Origin: Nitrococcus mobilis
GTDB lineage: Bacteria; Pseudomonadota; Gammaproteobacteria; Nitrococcales; Nitrococcaceae
Assembly: GCA_024102725.1 (NCBI GenBank)
Contig: JAGFJL010000047.1
Location: forward strand, 1 to 40,000
Reading direction: 5' to 3'
Length of the DNA: 40,000 nt
Every line of letters starts with the position of its first letter. Position 1 is the first letter of the stretch. The notes below the pieces were generated by a model. It saw only the letters and a list, made by a program, of their open reading frames with translations, was not told the origin of the DNA and ran no database searches. The position numbers were made by a program, and so were the translations under genes. This document shows, one piece after another, positions 10,001-18,332 of this stretch.

Positions 10001-13000
10001 CGGCCGCGCGGGTTCCGCCGACGCTCGCCGGGTTCGGGGCGGAGTTCGACGACTGGGTCGCGGCCGATCAGTTCGCCCCACACCCGAGCGGGATCACCGA
10101 GGGTGGCGCTCATGCCGATGGCTAGTGGCCTCGGTTGTTCGGGTCCGTTGATGGCCGATCGTGCCAGCAGGCGACGCAGGGTGTAGCCGACCTGAGCGCC
10201 GTGGATATGGGTATAGAGGTGGATCTCGTCGGCCAGGATCGCCCGCGGCGGCGGATGGGGGGCGATGTCGCCGAACAGGGCCCCATAGGCCGGGTTCTGC
10301 TGCCACTGGTGCAGGGACTCAGTGACCGGAAGGAAGAAGTCCGGCGGCTGCTGCTGCAAGGCGAGCTTGGAGCCTACCCAGCCGTCGAATGCCCAGGTGC
10401 ACCGGGTGCAGGCAAGTTGGTCGGCGCCCGCATGTCCCTTGCCCGGATGCAGGTGCAGGTCGCCGTCGCAATCCGGGCAGGCGAAGAAAGGAAAGCGCAA
10501 TGCGCCGCCAGGGGCGGTGGTCCAGATTCCGCTCAAGTACTCGGGGATGGTCTCGAATTGACCCGGAACCTGCCAGTTCTGCAGCCCCAAGGTAAGGGCG
10601 GGCAAGCCGCCGACGTTGGCGAGAGAGGCGAGATAGCCCGTGATGCGCTGGGCCTGATTCGCCGCAAGCCGCACCCGTGGGTAGACGAGTACGGCACGAG
10701 TTCCTTGGATGCCTTGCAGGCGGTCGTAGGCGGCACCGGCGATCAGCGGCAGACAGGCCGCCTCGGTCTTCCCGGCCCCTGTATCGGCGGTGATGACGAA
10801 GGTGTTGTCATCGCTACGGCCCAGCCAGGCGGGGAAGATGGTGCTCAGGGCGCGCACCTGGAAGCCGGCGAGGGGCGGATCGTCGTGGTTCCAGTGCTTG
10901 CGCAGCATGGCCTCCAGGCCATGCAGGACGTGGCGGGCCGTCATGTTTTCGCCGACGCCGTCTTGGATCTCCTGCATGACGGTAGACAGCGAGCGGTCCC
11001 GCACCGGCTTGTCGCGGTCCCGCACCTCGACCTTGAGTGAGCGGACCAGGTAGGGACGCCGGTCGGCGTCGCCGACGGCAAAACGCTGTTTAACGTAGCG
11101 TACCTCGCGGGCGAGTTCCGCCATGCGGCTACGGATTCTGCCTTCCTCGTCCATCGCTAGGTGGCCGTGGGACTGGAGTCGGCGCAGAGCGTCCGATACC
11201 TGGCCCCTGGACGTTTGCAGGCTGGTAGCCAAGTCGGGCAGAGAGGTCCAGCCCTCGTAGATGCCAAAGTTGATGCGCTGGACCTCCTTATCCTCCAGGT
11301 GGTTGAGGACCTCGAAGTCCTTGTCGGACAGGGGCTCCTTGGGGGATTCCTCCACATCCTCGGGAGTGGGCGCCTGTTCCAACCACTCCACGGTGGCGGA
11401 ACCGTTCACTTCCTTGATCTCGACCAGTCCCTCCCGGGCCATGGCTTCGATAACGGGCCAGACGCGGTCGTCGCCCGCGGTGTCCATCCAGACGAAGCGG
11501 TGACGGATGACGTTTTCGTAGAAGGAGGCATAGCGCCCGCGGCGTACATGGGTGGTGACCTCCTCCAGGCGGTCCCGCACGGTCTGGGCATCGCCGGGGA
11601 AAGGTGGACGGGGCGGGTCCAGGGGCTTGGCGGTCCAGAATGGGCCGAATCGGCCGTGCTTCTGGTTCAGTTGGATGTGGCCCAGGCGTACCAGGTCGCG
11701 CAGTTGGCCGAAGGGAACCGGGGACGACAGGTACAGCTTCTTCTTGATCTCGTAGTCGGCTGCGGTGCCATACGGATTCTTGATGGCGATCTCCCGGATG
11801 GCGGCCAGCAGTTCTTCCAGTTCTCTGGTGAATTCGGGCAGGGCCTCGGCCGGTTCCTCATCCGGGGCGTCGATGAGGGGCGGCAGTTCGCCGTCCTCGG
11901 TGAATCCTCGGACCCGGACGTTGACTGGGACCTTGCGGCCCGTGTTGTCGGTGATGTGAACGGTTCCCACCTCCGCGCTGTCGAACACCAATTCACGCAG
12001 GATCTGGGCCGCATCCAGCGTATTTTCATCCGGTGGCACCACGTCCAGGAGGCGGCGGCTGACGATCAGGATCAGCTTGGTCCGGGCGCGGGTGATGGCG
12101 ACATTTAGCCGTTCCACGCTGAATATAAAGTCCGCCTCGGCCAGGGCGAACTCCGGGTCGGATACTGTGTAGCTGGCGATGATGGCGTCGCGCTCCTTGC
12201 CCTGGATCTTGTCCACGGTCTCCACTACGGCGCCGTTCCCGGCCGGGTCGTTGGCAAGGGCGGCGCGGATGGCGGCATTCTGGGCCCGGTGGGGACTGAC
12301 CATAGCGAGTCGCTCCTGCCACACGGTCGCGGACGGCGTGGCATCTTGAGGCTCTCCGGTTGTCATCGCGGCATGCAGCCGGCGCGTCAGTCGGGCGGCA
12401 ACCGCGACCTCGAAGGGATTGGATGTACCCGCCGGGGGGCCGTCGTGTAGCAGAACGCAGAGGGGGTACTCGGGATCCAGAGCCAAGCGCTCCCAGTCCG
12501 CCAACCCATCGGCCCAGTCCCCGGCGAGTTGCAGGCGCTGGTGTTCAGATGCGTCGGTTGGGCGGTAGCGACCGGGGTAGAACTTGGACTCTGGGAAGCA
12601 GGTCAGCGGGGCATTGAGCCGGAAGGTCTCATCCAGCGGGTACTCTGCCACCTCGGCGGACTTGAGAAAGTCGTAGAGGGAGCCGCCGAGACGGCGCCCC
12701 TCAATCTCCTGAGTGTGGACGGTCCGCACCGGGGGCAGTTGCTTGTCGTCGCCGGCCACCAGGACGCGGCCGCCGGGGGCAAGCCCGGCTAGCGCCATGA
12801 GGCCGTTGCTGACCACCATCTGGGAAGCTTCGTCGATACAGACCAAGTGGAACAGGGGCGAGGTGGGCCCGTCGGTGACGGCCGGTTGCCCGGCATTCAG
12901 CAGTTTGTTCAGCGCCCACACCGAGCAGCCGACGATGAGGTGCTCGGTCTGCAGGGCATCCCACGCCTCGGCGGCGGCTTCGCGTTGCCGGAAGGAGATG

Positions 13001-13443
13001 TGCCGGATGGCAGGGCTGAGCCCGCTGCCCCGCTGGCTGCCCAGGTAGAGCACGTCCGGCGGGGAGGGCACATAGCGCGCCGATTTGGACTGGATGGCAT
13101 CGAGCAGATTGCCGATGGCGTTCAGCGTAAAGGCGTTGACCAGAATTCGGCAGGGCAGTCCAGCCGCCCGGCGGGCCTGCAGGTAGCCCAGCGCCATCCA
13201 AGCCAGCACGTAGGTCTTGCCGGTGCCAGGCGGCCCCTGGATAAGGCCGACGCGTTGCTCGGCCAGCCTGTTCCAGGCGGTGATTTGGGCCTGGCGCAAG
13301 GGGAAATCACCTTTCTCGTCGATCTGCGGTTGCGCGAAGTTCTCCAGTCCCTGGCGCCAGAGTCGGTGGTCGTCCTCGGGCAGGGTGCGGGCAAAGACCT
13401 GGGGCGCCCTCAGAAACTGGAGTATGTCCGCTCGCACGCTCAT
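7009..13443 (-). CDS. 2144-aa double helicase: N-terminal SF1 (Upf1/Dna2-like) helicase, winged-helix-like middle, SF2 DEAD/DEAH helicase, C-terminal DUF1998/MrfA-type Cys cluster
   Basis: - SF1 part: GPPGTGKT (aa 70-77), CIDEASQM (aa 202-209), VAGDDKQLPPV, SPHRAQ, VDKIQGKERD, NVAITRARTKLILI.
- SF2 part: ADTGAGKT (aa 885-892), ADEIH (aa 1071-1075), MSATLG (aa 1111-1116), QRKGRGGR (aa 1336-1343). A CPDCDG...CTRC zinc-ribbon insert sits at aa 989-1015.
- C-terminus: CVDGCQGC, about aa 2110-2117.
- The 6.4-kb ORF is uninterrupted. Its start overlaps the upstream nuclease stop (ATGA). Confidence 0.9.
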   Translation of the reverse strand: MSVRADILQFLRAPQVFARTLPEDDHRLWRQGLENFAQPQIDEKGDFPLRQAQITAWNRLAEQRVGLIQGPPGTGKTYVLAWMALGYLQARRAAGLPCRILVNAFTLNAIGNLLDAIQSKSARYVPSPPDVLYLGSQRGSGLSPAIRHISFRQREAAAEAWDALQTEHLIVGCSVWALNKLLNAGQPAVTDGPTSPLFHLVCIDEASQMVVSNGLMALAGLAPGGRVLVAGDDKQLPPVRTVHTQEIEGRRLGGSLYDFLKSAEVAEYPLDETFRLNAPLTCFPESKFYPGRYRPTDASEHQRLQLAGDWADGLADWERLALDPEYPLCVLLHDGPPAGTSNPFEVAVAARLTRRLHAAMTTGEPQDATPSATVWQERLAMVSPHRAQNAAIRAALANDPAGNGAVVETVDKIQGKERDAIIASYTVSDPEFALAEADFIFSVERLNVAITRARTKLILIVSRRLLDVVPPDENTLDAAQILRELVFDSAEVGTVHITDNTGRKVPVNVRVRGFTEDGELPPLIDAPDEEPAEALPEFTRELEELLAAIREIAIKNPYGTAADYEIKKKLYLSSPVPFGQLRDLVRLGHIQLNQKHGRFGPFWTAKPLDPPRPPFPGDAQTVRDRLEEVTTHVRRGRYASFYENVIRHRFVWMDTAGDDRVWPVIEAMAREGLVEIKEVNGSATVEWLEQAPTPEDVEESPKEPLSDKDFEVLNHLEDKEVQRINFGIYEGWTSLPDLATSLQTSRGQVSDALRRLQSHGHLAMDEEGRIRSRMAELAREVRYVKQRFAVGDADRRPYLVRSLKVEVRDRDKPVRDRSLSTVMQEIQDGVGENMTARHVLHGLEAMLRKHWNHDDPPLAGFQVRALSTIFPAWLGRSDDNTFVITADTGAGKTEAACLPLIAGAAYDRLQGIQGTRAVLVYPRVRLAANQAQRITGYLASLANVGGLPALTLGLQNWQVPGQFETIPEYLSGIWTTAPGGALRFPFFACPDCDGDLHLHPGKGHAGADQLACTRCTWAFDGWVGSKLALQQQPPDFFLPVTESLHQWQQNPAYGALFGDIAPHPPPRAILADEIHLYTHIHGAQVGYTLRRLLARSAINGPEQPRPLAIGMSATLGDPARVWGELIGRDPVVELRPEPGERRRNPRGREYFYFVQPEVESRGQDIAGASTSIQSLMCLAHGMRRRTGRDGGYRAIVFLDSIDKLKRLHGDYQDAEEARHLAALRTRLFDDDLGNSQPRRECCGQPATCDRFREGECWYFAATDNAQVTARGRYRPGNALIVSQRPVFAGEKGKVEEMIRSSDIVFTTSSLEVGYDDPDMALVYQHYAPNNLASFIQRKGRGGRGVDDRPVTGVTLSPYSPRDSWYFRRPQRMLDSAHFDVPLNAANYFVRRGQVLATLLDALARHTTVHGRTGLTIVDGRSRLNKQTQQFAEHLVHTIFGAEIYRQLEAESLDNLWRQATDEVSISFSSHMSLRDLRESLPWIAKTLFATANLPALAVHFESERGEARSQDEAINLAFEAATPGNMTRRYGFSLLHWLPPRAGRMPWLSDEVYKVSNGFEIPPLKKGPDALLRELPVEAREEVGPDIHPNVCHPNGVVLETAGRMLGAGWTAHWYYDAEKRAVQRIDTSEPDNGLKVHPKSRGNLRAFTYVEAQPDSGHAISIRGIERFGERFEAYIGGRMEGNQTGLALTSLTWGADVELRLMDPDQPDIPITQTFIHPRSSKTLLHGYRVQTEGVRLRLNSAYLTDFIQTEVERQREHPDGRWHRGQMFRYLIGSQARAAGINAYEANRAADLLFSAAGHPELRDRLRGLVRRWDSQTLRNLLQQTFTDMLAYHPLLSERRVDRLADSLGNRKFQHVFAQALEAVSSEDQFAAYLRSVLVHSFSIRLKQAFVLHGRGDDRQVLIHAKLPIQFGADAEDVITVAENGAHGDGTTRMFVDNLEAVLADWSSGGLADCPNAREDAIIEQAFQKIHRHEEWRSLDPRNPEQMAGLAAELGLGSAVEEGSMQSVLRLLYGTESVGTQRFDLYSLHGEITAIDARLRDTMAREASQWELVSAVVRAAADSAPATPRLSELISAYQGLDEASQEESLGAEARLADQVYRLSARLCVDGCQGCLHTGSDLMPAALAEAVVSLRLLERLTA

Positions 13444-15737
13444 TCGGGTGCCTCACCGAGGAACGCCATGAAGTTCGCCGCCCTCCCGGTGGTGAAGTCC
13501 TTAAAGGTGCGGTCAAGGAACCAGCCGGCTTCTCCGGTTTCCCGGAGCAGGCGCTGAAAGTCATCGCCCTCGTAAAGCGTGGCAGGGACGTTGACCAGCA
13601 GGGTGCCACTATTGGCGAAGTCGGGCCGCTCGGGGGCGATTCGTGCCTCGAAGTTGGGCCAAAACTGGGGGTTGAGCCGGATGTCCGGATTGTCGTCGGT
13701 GAGGATGAGGTCGAAATTATTGGATGACAACTCGCTCTCCCGGCTTTCCGGCGGCACGGAAAACAGCATGCCGTATTGGCCCCAATTGGCCTTCCAATGC
13801 CTCAAAAGGGTCATCTGGGCGATGCAGCGGGCCCGATCGCGCCGCTGGCTGAAGGGCTGGGCCAGGGAGACCAGGGCCTCCAGCATGCCGGTGCGGTTCT
13901 CCAGGAGTTCGAAGGCGTGAAGCAGGTCCAGGTCCACGGCGTTGAGCGGGTCCAGGGTCTGCTGAAAGCGGAAGGGCCGCTTGTTCAGGCGCAGGAAGGC
14001 ATAGTCACCGCCCTGTTTAAGGGCAGTGGCGTTCTTGTGCATCAGCCACTCGGCCAGCGCGCGCATGGCATCCAGGCGGGCGATGACATCCTGGCGTACC
14101 GACTCGGGCTCGATGCGCCCGTCCCGCAGATCGCGACATACGTCGATGGACAGGCGGGACGAGAAGGGGCGGCGGAACGGAGGGTCAGGGGCGTAGGCAG
14201 GCGAAAGGGCTGGTTCGGTGTTCGCCAAGGCGCCGGTCACCTGGCGCAGGTCGTAGGCCACCATGACCGGCAATGCATAGACCTGCTCAACTACGCTGCG
14301 CAGGGCGGTGGCCGGAAGATGATGGATTCCGCGGAATTCCGGCTCGGGGACCACGTCATCGGGAGGAAACATGCGGATCAGGTGGAGCAGGCCAGTTCGT
14401 ACCAGCGGATTTTCCAGGTGGCGCGCCACTGCGTACTGCAAGCCGGCGGCCTCCGAAGGCTCATATAAAAAAATGTGGGCCTGGATCTGCTCCGCGGGTG
14501 AATCCTCGTGGGCGGTGTTGTGGCGGTCGATGGCCGCCAGGTCCGTGACCAGTTGGCCCAGGACCTTGCACAGCGCTTCGCTCTCCCGTTCCGGGCTTCC
14601 AGCGGGCAAGACCTCGACCAGGTATTCGTTGTTCCCACCCTCACTACGCAGGTACCCGAGCGTGATGAGGTTGTCCTCCACCGGATCGACATCGACGACG
14701 AGGTAGAGGCCCACGTCCACTCGCGGCGGCATCAGGTAACTGGCGACACCCGGTATGCGCTGGACTTCGCCGGCGACCAGTGCCTGGGCACGCCGCGTCA
14801 GCAGTTCAGCCCGTCGGCGCAGCGCCCAACTGCCGGCGCTAGAGGCCCGCAGCCCTCGGGCTTCAGCGAGCTTGCCAACTTTGTCAGTGCCCAGCCGATC
14901 TAATGCCCGTTTGGCCTCGTGAGAGACCCCGGCAACCGCCGACACATCCCGTTCCGCAGGCAGAATCCTTTCGTCAATGGACTGGCTGCAATGGCGCAGA
15001 TACTCACATTGTTCGCACTTGAAATATATATGGAAGAAGGTGTTGTCCCAGGTGGACGACACGATACTCTCCGCAATTACGGGTATCTCGTTGGACAAAA
15101 AGTCCGCAACCAGGCGTTGGTAGGGCTCTAGCCGGAATTCCTCGGCGCGGTAGAGGCCATCCTCGCCCTTGCTGCCTGGTGGCAAGCACCAGATCTGGCC
15201 GGTTCGATCCAAGACGCCCGGTGCCCTGAGGGCGGCGAGGGTTGATTGAAGCACCAGGCTGTAAAAAGCCACTTGTGCTTTGTGGAAGGTTGTAGCGCGT
15301 TGGGTGGCTTTGATGTCGATGATCTGAAAGCGGGGTTCGGAGTCGCCCCGCTCAATCCGAACCAGGTCCGGTAGAGCTCGTCTGACCGTGACGTCTTTGG
15401 AGAGTCCGAGTTGTTCTCGCAGTTGACTGTGGGACTCGAGGACCAGCTGGTGTGCATAGGTTTCTGATCGGCGGCCCTTAAGGAACGCCGTGGAGAGATC
15501 TTGCGAGAGATAGTCCTCTCCAACGGCTGGGCCCAAAACGCCGACTTCCGCGGCCAAGCGTGATACCACCTTCCGTTCGAACTTGTTGCCCAGTTGGGCC
15601 CAGGCCGGAATCACTAGATCCCGCAGGATCGGGATTTCATCGCGCTCTTTCCCGGTGAAGGTATCGTACCGGGTCTTTCGTGGGCAGCGATACTGAAACC
15701 AGGATTTGACCGTAGAAGCGCTGAAGGCGAGGGGCAT
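13440..15737 (-). CDS. RecB/Cas4-like PD-(D/E)xK nuclease with Fe-S cysteine signature and a C-terminal RNase-H-like region (TM0106-type architecture, inferred)
   Basis: C18 (YRCPRK), D124 (PDLV), D141-I-K143 (IIDIKAT), Q155xxxY159 (KAQVAFY), then C241-x2-C244-x5-C250 (CEQCEYLRHC). This is the Cas4/AddB pattern of one N-terminal Cys plus CX2CX5C. Downstream are an HhH-like VAGVSHEAKRALDRLG and a block LYLVVDVDPVEDNLITLGYL ... HIFLYEPSEAAGL, which resembles the RNase-H-fold domain of TM0106-type RecB-like nucleases. Confidence 0.75.
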   Translation of the reverse strand: MPLAFSASTVKSWFQYRCPRKTRYDTFTGKERDEIPILRDLVIPAWAQLGNKFERKVVSRLAAEVGVLGPAVGEDYLSQDLSTAFLKGRRSETYAHQLVLESHSQLREQLGLSKDVTVRRALPDLVRIERGDSEPRFQIIDIKATQRATTFHKAQVAFYSLVLQSTLAALRAPGVLDRTGQIWCLPPGSKGEDGLYRAEEFRLEPYQRLVADFLSNEIPVIAESIVSSTWDNTFFHIYFKCEQCEYLRHCSQSIDERILPAERDVSAVAGVSHEAKRALDRLGTDKVGKLAEARGLRASSAGSWALRRRAELLTRRAQALVAGEVQRIPGVASYLMPPRVDVGLYLVVDVDPVEDNLITLGYLRSEGGNNEYLVEVLPAGSPERESEALCKVLGQLVTDLAAIDRHNTAHEDSPAEQIQAHIFLYEPSEAAGLQYAVARHLENPLVRTGLLHLIRMFPPDDVVPEPEFRGIHHLPATALRSVVEQVYALPVMVAYDLRQVTGALANTEPALSPAYAPDPPFRRPFSSRLSIDVCRDLRDGRIEPESVRQDVIARLDAMRALAEWLMHKNATALKQGGDYAFLRLNKRPFRFQQTLDPLNAVDLDLLHAFELLENRTGMLEALVSLAQPFSQRRDRARCIAQMTLLRHWKANWGQYGMLFSVPPESRESELSSNNFDLILTDDNPDIRLNPQFWPNFEARIAPERPDFANSGTLLVNVPATLYEGDDFQRLLRETGEAGWFLDRTFKDFTTGRAANFMAFLGEAPE

Positions 15738-15839
15738 GGGTTACCGCTGAATAAATTCTTATTCCCTTGTCATGGGACACTATACATTAAGGTGACCGGC
15801 CGATGACGTATCGTTTTGGGGAAGTTCGCTCGGTACAGT

Positions 15840-16745
15840 TGACCTGCCCCCGCAATTAGGACCGCGTTCCAGTTAGCTCAGTCCGCTCAGTCAACTACCT
15901 CCCAGGGGCAAGATCCCAGGGAGAATTCCTGCCGCCAGTAGGCGGCAAATTCGGCCGGCACCAAATAACCCAGCGCCGAATGCGGTCGCTTTTCATTGTA
16001 ATCACGTCGCTAGGCCGCGATCTCGGCTCGCGCATGGGCGAGACTCGTAAACCAGTGCTCGTTCAAGCACTCATCCCGTATAAGTTGCACTCCCCGCTCA
16101 TAGGCCCATTGGTCGAGTGCCTTACCCGTGAACTCCGGCCCCTGGTCGGTTCGGATCGCTTTGGGCACACCCCGGAACCGTACCGCCCGTTCCAGAGAGC
16201 GCACCACGTAGGCGCCCGGGATGCTGCAATCGACCACAATGTCGAGTGCCTCCTTGGTGAAGTCATCGGGGCGCTCGGCAGCTCCAGAGGTTCACGATTC
16301 ACCGCCACACCCTGGCGCCGCCGACGCTTGCGCACCGCCAAGCCTTGCTGCTGATAGTGGCGCAGCACCTTCTTATGGTTGACCACCACGCCTTCGCGCC
16401 GTAGCAGCGCGTGAATCCGCCGATACCCGAATCGCCGCCGCTGTTGCGCCAGATCCATGATCCGGCCCCGTAGCGCTTCGTCTGAGGCGCTGGACATGGC
16501 CTAATAGCGCAACACTGACCTCGAGATCCCCACAAGCCCGCATGCACTTCGCTCCGAGACGCCGGTGCGCTCGCACATCTCCGCCACCGCCTCACGCTTT
16601 GGCTTGTGGAGTCAGTACTTTCCCGACAGCGCTGCCTTCAGTGCCTCGTTATCGAGCATCGACTCGGCCAGCAACTTCTTCAGCCGGGCGTTCTCCGCCT
16701 CCAACGATTTGAGCCGCCGGCGCAGATTGCGCGGCGGGCCGGTAT
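15840..16745 (-). mobile_element. IS3-family (IS407-group-like) element, 3' two-thirds: orfA C-terminus, decayed orfB, outer inverted repeat
   Basis: The outer end reads TGACCTGCCCCCGCAATTAGG from 15840 inward; IS407-group ends as I recall them start TGACCTGCCCCC. The orfA tail is RRLKSLEAENARLKKLLAESMLDNEALKAALSGKY (16612-16745). Its 5' portion is found separately at 19500-19592. Confidence 0.75.
15891..16611 (-). pseudogene. IS3-family orfB (DDE/rve transposase) pseudogene
   Basis: Reads KREAVAEMCERTGVSERSACGLVGISRSVLRY*AMSSASDEALRGRIMDLAQQRRRFGYRRIHALLRREG, with an in-frame TAG. A frame change and loss of the NQxWxxD...DDFT segment follow near 16260-16290. Then DCSIPGAYVVRSLERAVRFRGVPKAIRTDQGPEFTG and AEIAA*RRDYNEKRPHSALGYLVPAEF, where TAG sits where W is expected. 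Confidence 0.8.
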
Positions 16746-16978
16746 ATCGGAGCAGACGCTGTACCGCTGGCCGGATGGGTTTCTCAGCGCGGGCAAGCAG
16801 GCGATGAACGGCCGTGCCATGCGCAACGAGCAAGCCAAGGCGATCGAACGTCTGCTGGGCGAGCTTGCTGAGCGCAACCAGGTCATCGGCGAGCTCACGG
16901 TCGCTAATCGCATTTTAAAAAACCCCCGAAGGCCGGCGGCCTGCCCGGAGAAAGAGAAACTCGGGCCTGCGCTAGACT
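16735..16978 (+). pseudogene. 5'-truncated HTH transposase orfA fragment of a second element (element X)
   Basis: The + strand reads AQIARRAGISEQTLYRWPDGFLSAGKQAMNG...AIERLLGELAERNQVIGELTVANRILKN. This is an HTH followed by a leucine-zipper-like segment, typical of IS3-like orfA proteins. There is no start codon and no upstream IR. It abuts the antisense IS407-like orfA at about 16740. Confidence 0.55.
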
Positions 16979-17155
16979 GAGCGCACTCCGAGGGGAGCGG
17001 CCGTTGACTTTTTGGTGGACCACCCCGTTTAAAAACGTGGCCCAGGGACTGTAGCGGACCCGATAGTGGTGACGCGCCTGTGCGATCCCGGTTAGGAAAA
17101 TGATCCATTCCGCCATCCCGCCCTTCGGAGGATTTTTGCTCGAAGGAGGACAGTG

Positions 17156-17940
17156 ATGGCCAAGACGAAGCGAGGGCGAGGGGCGGTTCGCACGACGAAC
17201 CTGGCGGTGGTGCATCCGCATGCGGCAGGGCTCGATGTCGGTGCCCGATTCCATGTCGCGGCGGTCGCGCCGGAGCGGGCCGAAGAGCCGGTGAAGAGCT
17301 TTGGGAGTTTCACCGACGATCTGCATGCGCTCGTCTCTTGGCTGCAGGGGGCCGGCGTCACGAGCGTGGCGATGGAATCGACCGGAGTGTACTGGATCCC
17401 GGTCTACGAGATTCTCGAAGCGAAGGGATTCGAAGTGTTCTTGGCCAACGCGCGGGGACGCAAAGGCGGTGCCTGGGCGGAAGAGCGACGTGAACGACGC
17501 GCAGTGGCTCCAGCGGCTGCATCAGTACGGACTGCTGCGCCCGAGCTTCCGGCCGAGCCAGGAGATTGTCGCCCTGCGGGCGTACCTGCGCCATCGCGAG
17601 CGGCTGCTCGATTATGCGGGCGCGCACATCCAGCATATTCAGAAAGCGCTCACGCAGATGAACCTCCAACTTCACCACGTCGTGACCGACATCACCGGTG
17701 CAACGGGCATACGCATCATTCGTGACATCGTGGCCGGAGAGCGTGACCCGCAGCGCCTCGCCCGGCATCGAGATACCCGCTGCAAGGCTTCGCTCGAGAC
17801 CATCACCAAGGCGCTGGTGGGGAACTATCAGCCCGAGCATGTCTTTGCGCTGACCCAGTCTTTGGAGCTCTACGACTTCTACCAGCGGCAGGTCGCAAGC
17901 TGTGATGTGGCCATCGGGCGGGTGATGGCGGGATTGGTGT
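17156..17940 (+). pseudogene. IS110-family (DEDD) transposase, frameshifted and 3'-truncated by IS insertion
   Basis: RBS GAAGGAGGA lies 5 nt before the ATG at 17156. Motifs: AAGLDVGARFHVA, MESTGVYWIPVYEILEAKGFEVFLANAR, then in the next frame DAKAVPGRKSDVNDAQWLQRLHQYGLLRPSF. One extra G in the run at 17454-17457 explains the frame shift. The reading frame ends at the IRL of the IS3 element at 17941. Confidence 0.8.
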
Positions 17941-17990
17941 TGCCCCGATTTGGTGGAGCCTTCAAAGTGCTCAAATGGAGGGCATCCACT

Positions 17991-18332
17991 ATGACGCAAT
18001 CCAAATTTGCTATGCGCTATGCGCTATGCGCTATGCGCTATGCGCCGGAGTTTCGCCAGCAGATGGTCGAGCTGGCGCGCGCCGGTCGCAAGCCCCCGGA
18101 GCTGGCCAAGGAATTCGGCTGTACCGTTTGGTCGATCAAGCGTTGGCTCAAGCAGGCCGAGCGGGATGCTGGCCGCGGCGATGGCGGGCTGACGAGGGCG
18201 GAACGCGAGGAGCTCAGCCGGTTGCGCCGCGAGAATCGCCAGCTGCGCCTTGAGCGGGAAATCCTCTCAAAAGCCGCGGCCTGGTTCGCTCAGGAGACCG
18301 CGCCGAATTCGAAGCGCTCTTCGGGTTCGTGA
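17991..18332 (+). CDS. IS3-family transposase orfA (HTH plus leucine zipper)
   Basis: MTQSKF...YAPEFRQQMVELARAGRKPPELAKEFGCTVWSIKRWLKQAERDAG...REELSRLRRENRQLRLEREILSKAAAWFAQE. A heptamer repeat lies in codons 7-19. Confidence 0.8.
   Translation: MTQSKFAMRYALCAMRYAPEFRQQMVELARAGRKPPELAKEFGCTVWSIKRWLKQAERDAGRGDGGLTRAEREELSRLRRENRQLRLEREILSKAAAWFAQETAPNSKRSSGS
18011..18045 (+). repeat. perfect heptanucleotide tandem repeat (TATGCGC) x5 inside the 5' end of IS3 orfA
   Basis: Direct reading: TATGCGC at 18011, 18018, 18025, 18032 and 18039, preceded by a partial GC. The unit length is not a multiple of 3. Confidence 0.95.

Noticed and set aside
10135-13557. Long + strand ORFs (10135-11040, 11161-12108, 12847-13557; 236-315 aa) inside the 2144-aa helicase gene
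   Set aside because: They are antisense to an uninterrupted 6.4-kb ORF with clear helicase motifs. Their Gly/Arg/Ala/Pro-rich, motif-free translations are typical of shadow ORFs in high-GC DNA.
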